Shown: positions 54,955 to 64,000 of the stretch, piece after piece
Layout: every line of letters begins with the position of its first letter
Numbering within the stretch: the first letter of the stretch is position 1
Assembly (NCBI RefSeq): GCF_000315625.1
Contig: NW_005434635.1
Coordinates: 441,071-505,070, forward strand
Length of the DNA: 64,000 bases
From: Guillardia theta CCMP2712
Taxonomy: Eukaryota; Protista; Cryptophyta
Reading direction: 5' to 3'
Translations under genes and position numbers: made by a program
The notes under the pieces: generated by a model
What the model saw: only the letters and a program-made list of their open reading frames with translations
Database searches by the model: none
Told to the model about the DNA's origin: nothing

Positions 54955-56498
54955 ATGGGGAGAGGAAGAGGAGAGGACCTCCATATGGCTCTCAGAGTCA
55001 AGCTTCATGATGATTCCAACCCCACAGAGCTCGTTGGGATCGCCGCCGCGCGATTCTTGTGGAGGAGCTGTCTGCGTGACGGTTAGTAAAGAGGCGGAGG
55101 AGGGTGGAGGGGTCAACCAGCACTTCGAAGGAGGGGACCTGTATGCTATTGATGAAGCTCATGAAACCTTCACTTGCTGTTGGGAGGAGGTTGTTCTCGT
55201 CCCAAAAGATAGAAGGGAAACGATCACGCGCGACTTTGTCTTCCTGCAGGTCAAGGTGAGGAGACAAGGGAGCAGAGAGGAGAAGAGGAACAGGAGCAGG
55301 AGATCAGACCTCAGCCCTCTTGCGAGCTTCATCAGACTCCAGCTCCTCCTTGGTCCACAGGTAGTTGGCACCCTCTAAGATGATCTGCGACATCAGCTTC
55401 TCAGCGGCGACAGCTCGGGGCAGTACAACACTCACGTTCCCTCCTCGCACAATCCAGTTCATCGGCTTCGAGTAGATCTGTGGGAGGTAAGAGGGGGGAA
55501 GGGGAGGAGAGCAGGAGGAGGACGAGGAGGACGAGGACGAAAGGGAGGAGAGCGGGCGAGGGAGTGGGAGACGGACGTTGGTAGCAAGACTGTCACCTTT
55601 TCTGCATTCTTGAGGGCGACATAACCGTAGAAAGGATACTCGCGAGTGTCCTCTTCCTCTACATTTTCGTTGACCGTGAGAGTAGCTTGCATCATAGTTG
55701 CCTGCTCAATCTGATCATCTTTCTACCCACTCCAACTTCCACCACCTGCCCACCACCACCACCACCACCACCAACTCCTCCTCCTCCTCCTCCTCCTCCT
55801 CCTCCTCTTTCCAACTGCTCACCGTCAGCTGTCTTCTGAAGTACACGCGAAGTTTCCCTCCCTTCCTGGTGAGACGGAGCAGGAGAGGCTCCAGGGTGTA
55901 GAAGTCGCAGCGCTCATCTCCTACCTGCACTGCCATGTAAGAAGGCGAACAAGCGAGGAGATGGCAATTGAACCATCGAGGCTTTCTGTGGAGGGGAGGA
56001 AGTGGTGGAGGGAGGAATGAGGAGGGAGGAATGCGAAGAGGGAGGGACAAAAGGGGACGAAGTTGAGGGAAGTATACGAGGGTACGAGGGCAGAAAGGTG
56101 AGAGGGATAGGGAAAGGAAAGACAGCAAGGTAAACAGGACCGATGGGAGGAAGAGGAGGAGGACAGAGTACAGAGGGGAGAGAGGACGAGGAGAAAGAGG
56201 AGCAGGAAGACAGGGGAGGAGAACGAGGAGGAGACCTGAAGAAATTCATCGCCAGGGAGCAGCTTCTTGGACCCTCCTGCCTTCACCTCCTCCACGAAGT
56301 TCCCAGCAAAGGTGAGGCCGAGCGACCTGACCTCAAAGCAGGGGATCCAGCCGTTGGAGATGAACTTGTGCTGGGTCAGAGGAAGGATCACCTGCTGTAG
56401 GATCCTGAGAGGAGAGTCAGGGAGATGACAGTAATGTGAGGGGGCAAAGGACGAACGAGGAGGAGGAGCAAGAGGAGGAGCAAGAGGAGGAGGAGCAA

Positions 56499-56531
<33 letters not shown>

Positions 56532-59500
56532 TCAGACCTGATATCATGCGGGTCATGAGACCTCTTGTGGTTCAAATCCACGGAGCTCTGGGCGTGAACG
56601 TACTTGCTGAGGTTGTGCTGGAGACTTTCAGAACGCCTGAGAGGATCCCAGCTGGAGTTCACCTTGTGCTTGCCGGAGGTGGGGGTGACTGTGACAGGAG
56701 GACGTCAAAGGGGGAGGAGAGGCGGAACTGACGGTCTGACCGTCAGCCTTGTCGGGGAGCCACTTGAGGTCCAGGCGGGCGATGGCGAAGGAGCCCTGAA
56801 GGATGATAAGAAGAGAGGAGGGGGAGGAAGGGAATGGAGATGGAGGATGAGAAATGAAGGGCAGCAGGAGCAGGAGCAGGAGCAGCAAGAGCAGAAGCAG
56901 CAGGAGCAGACCTCATCGATGAGGATTCGTTTTGAGTTGCAATACTCGCACTCTCTCGTGGAATCGCAGAACTTGCAGGCGACGATGAGGGGGAGGGACT
57001 GAAATTCTCGTCCTCGAAGACTCAAAAGGTTTCGGAAGTCAACAAACTCCGACGCCACCACTCGTTCACCCCTGACATTCCGATCATTGATCCTCCTCCA
57101 CTGACCCGCCTCATCGTCTTTAAACACCTCTGCCACTTCCTCTTCTTCCTTCACTTCCTCCTCCTCCTCCTCCTCCTACCCATTTTTGTCGCATTCATAC
57201 AGGATTATCTGCACAAGCAGTTTCAATGACCATGGCGCAGCCTGCACCTCCTACCTCGATCCAGGAGCAGTCGGGCGGCGTGTCGAGGCTAAGAGACTGG
57301 TGCCATTCGCACTCCCAGTCTGTCTCGCACTCCTTGTCCCCTATCAGCTCCGTGTTCGTCCTGCCCCCGTTCGAGCTCGTCAGAGAGCTGGTAGTTTTCG
57401 TCCTCCCCTCACTTTGGGAACGGTCGCGCCTTTGCGGTAGCGGATCCGTTAGTGTCTCCTCTTTCTTCCCCGCCCTGGGAAGGGTCAGGAGGGAACTTCG
57501 CTTTCCTCCCTCTCACATGGCTTGTCTTTACTTTCATCTTCAGCACGCTGTTCTCTACGTCTTGCAGCAGCACCGTGCTCGAGCCGGCAACGCTCGAGAT
57601 CTGCGAGCGGCATGACGAGCATGCAGTCAAGGAGCAGGGGGCAGACCGTCACTTGGAGGGAGTCGAAGATGTCTTCTTGCATGCCCAGCTGAATGGTGAC
57701 TTGCGAAGTCTAATGTCAAACGTGTCAGCGCTGAGAGCGGAAGGAGAGGGCCCAAGGGCAGACGTTGGTCAGCAGGTCCAAGACTTGATATCGGTGCTCC
57801 TCCTCGTCGTTGACCCCTTTGATGATCTGGCAGGAGAATCAGATGATCTTCATGTTGCCCCTCGGACTCTCTTTTACCTTCCCGTTGTGATCGCGAACGT
57901 AGAAGACTCCTCGCCTTCCGCTTTGAATCAGAGCCGTGATCTCACTGGGCGAGACAGAAAATTCTCCGAGGTAGACGGGAGTTGCAAAGGAGTAGTCGAA
58001 GAATTGAAACTGATCGACAAGGAGGTTCATATCATAGATCCTCCCTCCTTTTCGCTCCCTCCTCCAACCCCCCCCTCCTCTCCTCCCCCCACCTCCTCCT
58101 CCTTCTCACCCGCAGCGGTGTATCCACTTGCCTCGTCCAAGCATCGGGCGAGTTGGCGGGGCCGGCGGAGTTCTCAAGGAGGTGATCCTGGTAGTGCGGG
58201 TCGTTCATGTTGACGGCGCTGACGCACAGCAGGGAGAGACAACTGTTGTCTATCGGGAACTCTGAGCATGACGCCGCCATCAGTAAAGGCAGCACAGGCA
58301 GCGGCAACTGACCGAGAGTCTGGTCGAAGGTGGGCGAGAAGGACTTGCCGGCGTATCGACTCTCAGCGTGGTGCTCTCCGAAGGAGACAAGACAACGGAC
58401 CTCTGCGACTCACTTGAGCTATCCAAGGACACCCCAGCAGGCCACCAGCTGCCTCTCACCTGGGGTCTGCTCGAACTGATCGGGAAGGAGCCTGTCGAAC
58501 TGCTGCCGGAGGTTCTTCCCCTCGATCAAGTGGACGTACAGCTTTCCTCGAAGAGGATACACCATCTCGTGGACCTCCTCGTTCTCCACCGGAAGAATCG
58601 TCTGCATCGGAGCAAACTCTTGCCCCTCCACGGCCCGATGATCGATGCTGAAATCATACCTCTTCCTGATCGCCTCGACAAACTGTGGCCCTTCTCCATC
58701 ACTCTCCGAAGAGCCCGCTCTGCAAAATCCGGTGAGCAAGGGAGAGTCTGGGAGAGCTTGCGCTACGATGTTGAGCTTGTGGTGACTGATCTTGACTTGG
58801 TGACTGACTGGAATCCAGGACAAGTCAACCCCAGCCCGACCAGACAGCATCTTCAAACCTTCCCTGACACAAGAACCGGAGCAGCCAGACGTTTCCTCAC
58901 GAAGTAGACTCGATTGCCTGCAGAAAGGGTCAACGAAGTACAAGGATAGCGCTTCAGCTCTGACCTCCCTGTCTCCAGCTCACGTAGTCACTTGGCAGCT
59001 TTCTGTTCACGAGGGCTGACAGCAAGCTAGACATCAGAGACAGCTCTCAGATCCTCTTTCATACCTCCCGCTGCTGGAACAACAGGATTCAAGGCCGCAT
59101 TGCTCTGCTTCTGCGCAGCCTTCTTCTCTTGCTCTCGCTTCACGTCCGGATGGTTACGATCGGCTCTACAGTTCGTTGATTCATGTATGTTACAATACAT
59201 TCCCCCTCCCTGCACAAACTTAACAAAACCGTCACTTATTTGTCTTTTCCCCGAAACTTTGCTGAGCTCGCTGCCAGGATCAGTTCAATACTCACAGTCT
59301 GTCCTCTACCCTGACTGACCATGTACGTGTCCTGGTCTAACTTGTTCTTCTCTTCATCATCGCTACCCTCCGCTTCCTCTTCCATTATCCTCCCTCTCCC
59401 CCTTCCCGTCGCTTCGTTGCCCAATCATGTTTTGACCTCTCCATCATAAAGGTTTCATTTCGGTCTGCCATCATTGTGGTTTCTAATAAATCCGGACCAC

Positions 59501-59612
59501 CAGCTATTGTGGTTCCAGCTTCTGCTCCATTTAGCATCCCGAACCACAGCAATGCGCTTGCAGCCGAGCTGATCGCGATGCGAGAAAGAAGAGTCAGGAC
59601 AGCAGCGAGCAT
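53951..59612 (-). CDS. Large multi-exon protein with a C2 domain and C-terminal PDZ domain(s)
   Basis: C2-like: GKLYVHLIEGKNL..VRCLVSFGEHHAESRYAGKSFSPTFDQTL..YLGEFSV. PDZ: CGVGIIMKLDSESHMEVVEVLPNSPAYDSKEIRTGDKLIELAG..VLGPSGTPVLLKFFR. Possible second degenerate PDZ: SLGLTFAGNFVEEVKAGGSKKLLPGDEFL. Ends are approximate. Confidence 0.7.
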
Positions 59613-59883
59613 GAGAGCAGAGGTAGACGTGCGAGCCGAGGCTTGCCTGCTAAAATGGACATCGTGCTCTGTCCACCCCGTCATAGGCAGTGACAGGAGA
59701 TCCCTTAACTTCAGTGGCGCATGCGATGAAGAAAGCAGAGAGAGTTCTAGAAGGATTATGCTTGGATGTGCTGGAAGAGAAACGATTTAGATGATAGCTT
59801 GCCAACAGTTCCCCTGTGTACCTGTCGCGTTCAGAAACGTATTATGGCAAAACCATTGACTCTGACCAAACTTGTGATACAGG

Positions 59884-60118
59884 ATGTTTGGTATTCTGGT
59901 ACAGTTCCATTCTTCCATGTTGCATTATGGCGACGAAAGTAAGCCCTTTTGATGGTCGAATGGATGCCATGTTCGTTTTACTCCTGTTGTTTGCAGAGAC
60001 TAAGTTTAGCGACGCGCCCGGGGAGGACTACTTGTTCAATGTGGAGGGCAACAACACCGACAACAAACTCAAGACTTTGGGTGTGAACGTCGATTCATGG
60101 GGCCTTGGCACCAACTGA
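59884..60118 (+). CDS. Two-exon 58-aa mini-protein
   Basis: Exon 59884-59938 + GTAAG..TTGCAG intron (58 bp) + exon 59997-60118 total 177 nt in frame: MFGILVQFHSSMLHYGDEKTKFSDAPGEDYLFNVEGNNTDNKLKTLGVNVDSWGLGTN*. Confidence 0.6.
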
Positions 60119-60137
60119 TTCACTCCTGATCGAAAAT

Positions 60138-63100
60138 TCACAAGTTGGGCGGCGGACATGTGCGGACATGTCCCCTTAGCTGATCGAATAAAGATTTTCG
60201 AATGATGATGTGTAAACAAGAATTCAGCTGTGAATCGCAACAATATTTGAGAAGTTGCAGTTCTTGGCATCTTTGATTTCTCTGTGCCATGCGATACTGA
60301 TTGAGAGTTCGCGTGAAGGAATGAACAAAAACGACCAAGAGATGAAACAAGTTCAAGGGGGCGGACCGGGTAGCGTTGAGCGGCATCAAGTCTTGCAAGC
60401 CGTCCCCAACCAATGAAACCTGTTACACTCTGACAGGAACTTGCTGAGTGCGGGGGGACACGTGGCAAGGAAGAGACGGACGTTCAGGTTGTTGCAATCA
60501 GGGAAGAACTCGCACTGCGAGGATGGAGCTGCGAGGAGGATGAGCGAAGAAGGAGAATGCCTCTGCTGATGGGTCAGCATGATGTGATGGAGCCTGAAAA
60601 CATGTGTCAGCTGAAACTCTCTCTCCTCTATTCTACACAGACTGCTACCTCAAGGTGCTGGAGTTCTGTCGGGTGCTCTCGTCAAGTACCGAATAGATGC
60701 AAAGAGATAGGAGCTTGAGAGGTCTGGAGCCTGTCTTGCTTTGATTGGAGCTGGTCGGAACAAAAGACTCATGAGGCTTACTTTCTTGTCTTCCAAACTT
60801 GTACATGGAGCTTTTCTTCCTTTGCCGCTACCATCTGAAGGCTTGATCACACTTCGACAAATCAATTGACGATGTCTGCACAATCTCACTGCAATCTTGC
60901 ACAAAAAAATGAAACCCAAAAGAGTTCAAGCTTAGGCTTATTGCCATGCACACTCATCAGATCAGCAGACATATTGTCTGCGTCATCTTCTATTGCTTCA
61001 TGCCACAAGTCAATGGGCATGGGCTCAAAGCCCTAAGCCTTCAGACAAAAACGACCAAGACTCAGAAATGAAACAATTTCCAGATGTCTTACCAACATTT
61101 CGCTCATCTTCCAGCATCAGCAACAACCTTCCTCCTCGAGGCAAAGCTTCAGCCCATCGCTGAATTTGAGAAGAAAGCAACGGATTCCAGCACGTGGCTG
61201 GGGCTGTGGGAGACGGGCTAAGGTTGACAGCTTAGACAACAGAGATCCTTCCTTCTGACCTCAGAACATCAACCACTTCAATGTCTACATATTTACTAAC
61301 TTTCAAGAGAAAAATACACCAAGGAGAGACTGATCGCTGACTACTAGGGAAGAAAGAGGTCTAAAAAGAAGCTGCCGATGACGCAAGGCAGGTTGGCAGT
61401 GAACTAGGCCACAGACTGGGAGAGCTCGGGAAACTCGATGAATTACAGCGGCATCCGTCTTATAAAGGCCAATAGTGAAGGGAGCGAAACCATAATCCCC
61501 GTGATTATCGTCATGATCGTCATTCTTGATCCGATGTTCTCTATTCCTGATTCGAGCTTGATCATTCTTGATCCGATGTTCTGTACGTGTTGCTCCATAC
61601 CCTGGCGCACATCGTCTATCAGTGTTCTCACAGCAAGGGCAGACCTGCTGCCCGATTACCTTGATAGACCCCCTCAGATCCAAAATCTCGCTGTACAAAT
61701 TACGACACCGAAAATAACAGAGAAAAAACGGGATCCGTTGGTCGATCAGCTTCTTGGATATCTCACGGTCCTTTGCTGCTTCGACAAAAAATTTCCTAAC
61801 TTTTTCCGCAGTTTCTTCAAATTTCTGCCTGTTTCCATTTACAATCCTCCGGACCCTTGACCCTGACACAACTGTCGCACACTCGGCCTGGGAGGCCGCC
61901 TTCTTGTGAATACAATCGTGAAAGGTGAAAGATCTTAGTGAGTGCTTTGTTGGAGGGCTTGGTGATCTCGAAGCAGATATACTCTCCTCGTTTGACAAGA
62001 ACGTTGTTGAAGCACTCATTGTTGCTACTAGCTACTGACTTCACATGATCGGGAGATGCAATGTGGCCCTGGAAGACGTCCCGCAGGTAGACGTCCTGCT
62101 CGAATTTCAAGCATAAGTCAGCCTGGTACGAGTCCCCAGCCCACGGCTTATTCTTCGTCCCATTGCCCGTCAGATTCTCAGAGGATGCCTTGTCCTTGCC
62201 GCGGCGGCCATATTTCTTTGGACCGGAAGACTTTGCCTGCTCCAGCTGCAGTTTTCCGGCAATACGATTGACATTGCTGAGATGTCCAGGTGAGCAAATC
62301 CCGCTTTTGTCCAGCTTGTCAGCACTCTCAACAGTCAAGATGATGCTTTCTCTTCTCACAACAGGCATGTTCCCTGGCATGAGTGCAAAGAAACGCTGCT
62401 CATAATCATTCTCTGTTTCACACTCTCGCGCTGAGTTAAGTCTTGTTACATCGCTTTGTCCCTGTTCTGCTCTGTCCACTTTCATCCCCGACCCTTCATC
62501 CTTGAGATCTGTCCCGCCGACCTCCCCCCGCTCCTCTCCCTCCTCCTTCTGCTGCCTGCGGCTGTCCTCCTCCCGCTCCTCTCCCTCCTCCTTCTGGGGG
62601 GGACGGGGGTTGCAATGCACTCGCCCGGAGGCGTCGCAGGCGAGGAGGTTGTCGCAGGCGAGGAGGTTGTCGCAGGCGAGGAGGTTGTCGCAGGCGAGGA
62701 GGTTGTCGCAGGCGAGGAGGTTGTCGCAGGCGAGGAGGTTGTCGCAGGCGAGGAGGTTGTCGCAGGCGAGGAGGTTGTCGCAGGCGAGGAGGTTGTCGCA
62801 GGCGAGGAGGTTGTCGCAGGCGAGGAGGTTGTCGCAGGCGAGGAGGTTGTCGCAGGCGAGGAGGTTGTCGCAGGCGAGGAGGTTGTCGCAGGCGAGGAGG
62901 TTGTCGCAGGCGAGGAGGTTGTCGCAGGCGAGGAGGTTGTCGCAGGCGAGGAGGTTGTCGCAGGCGAGGAGGTTGTCGCAGGCGAGGAGGTTGTCGCAGG
63001 CGAGGAGGTTGTCGCAGGCGAGGAGGTTGTCGCAGGCGAGGAGGTTGTCGCAGGCGAGGAGGTTGTCGCAGGCGAGGAGGTTGTCGCAGGCGAGGAGGTT

Positions 63101-63395
63101 GTCGCAGGCGAGGAGGTTGTCGCAGGCGAGGAGGTTGTCAGTCTTCAAGCCCTCAAGCGTCACATCCTCGATCCTCTGCATAGACCCTTCATTCGCCTCC
63201 TCTCCAGCTCGCTCTCACCTGCCCAATGCTTGCAAGGCTGCTATCCCGCTGCTCGTGCAGCTCTGTCGACATCTTCTGCGGGTCCCAGTCGCTGAACTGC
63301 ATCCTCAAAGAGGACGCAAGGCATGAGCTCCGGCACGACGAACCTACAGCTTGACTCTGCCGCTTCATCGTGAAGAAGCAGTTCCCTGAGCTCAC
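60138..63395 (-). CDS. Divergent kinesin-14-like (C-terminal motor-homology) protein lacking recognisable nucleotide-binding motifs
   Basis: Short coiled coil, then NLYSEILDLRGSIKVIG (kinesin-14 neck-like). Downstream exons give LHHIMLTH, SLILLAAP, LELVSSLGRFCSFL and KMPRTATSQILL in motor-domain order. The gene is clear, but its identity and ends are tentative. Confidence 0.45.
62634..63139. repeat. Perfect 18-bp VNTR (~28 copies), read as (LACDNL)n on the minus strand
   Basis: Unit TCGCAGGCGAGGAGGTTG with no visible variants. Confidence 0.97.
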
Positions 63396-64000
63396 AAGGA
63401 GGAAGAGGAGGAGAGTCTGCAGGAAATGTTAGATGCCCCTTCCTGACATCAGCAACAAGAACCTTGAAAGCGCTTTCGGACATGCTGAGGTCTGCTAGAG
63501 CCAAGCAATCTGACAAGCTGAGACAGACCGTTTGTCTTATTCGCCAATCACCCCACAGCCTCTTTTCCTTCCCTACCTCTGCCTCCCTACCTCCTAGCAT
63601 GCCTCCCTGCATCAACCTCCCTCCCTTCTGCTCCAACTCCTGCTCCTTCCTGCTTGCTGCTGCCCGCGATCATCCTCCTACTTTGAGAGATAAACACGGG
63701 TAGTTCTTTTCCAATCCTACTAGAAATTTTTTTTTAGCGAGAGAGAGGGAGAGGAGCGGAGGGGGTGGGTACCAGGTTTGTGGTTCAACAGATTAGTCCC
63801 TGATTGTCACAGATGCGAAAAAGGAAGGAGAAGAACAAAGGCACTACAATCTGATTAACAAGAACAGGGAGCTTCTCCCGGATGTTTCTTATTGCAGTGG
63901 GATGTAGCGCTCGTGCTTGACGGTGTGGGAGTTGATACGGTTGCGATAAGAAATGGCAGGGATCGTCCTGACGTTCCAGCCCACCTCGGAGAGGCGGTAG

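Noticed and set aside
62456-63326. Plus-strand (EEVVAG)n and (ARRLSQ)n ORFs
   Set aside because: They are open only because the 18-bp unit lacks stops. Flanking splice signals and coding sequence favour the minus strand.
63780-64000. 3' end of a minus-strand gene at the window edge
   Set aside because: Two frames are open and neither has a recognisable motif, so there is too little to call.

Overview
Gene-dense, intron-rich eukaryotic nuclear DNA. The short GT/GC-AG introns, microsatellite-filled introns and GC-rich promoter patches resemble a cryptophyte such as Guillardia theta (inference). I can support about 14 spliced genes: a coiled-coil protein, a GT90/CAP10 glycosyltransferase, a prolyl-4-hydroxylase-like 2OG-Fe(II) oxygenase, a pepsin-family aspartic protease, NPRL3, an IPT/TIG type-I membrane protein, the meiotic helicase MER3/HFM1, a MEA1-like protein, COG3, a TMEM184/OST-alpha transporter, a C2+PDZ protein, a 58-aa mini-protein, a degenerate kinesin-14-like protein and some hypotheticals. 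Non-coding structure includes a ~1.4-kb element in three near-identical direct copies, a rearranged duplicate of the MER3 5' end, a ~2.2-kb 22-bp satellite, two 18-bp VNTRs in or near coding sequence and a 100-N gap. The most striking observation is that the aspartic protease appears circularly permuted. The segment carrying the first catalytic motif (YFVNVSIGTPRQKMPVIFDTGSS) is missing from the N-terminus and sits after the normal C-terminal end of the pepsin fold, so the DSG lobe comes before the DTG lobe. Also notable are an apparently nucleotide-dead kinesin-14-like gene (Vik1/Cik1-like) and a permuted (B-then-A) MER3 duplicate suggestive of a circular DNA intermediate. All exon structures were inferred by eye and gene ends are approximate. 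Most ORF-track entries are microsatellite artefacts.
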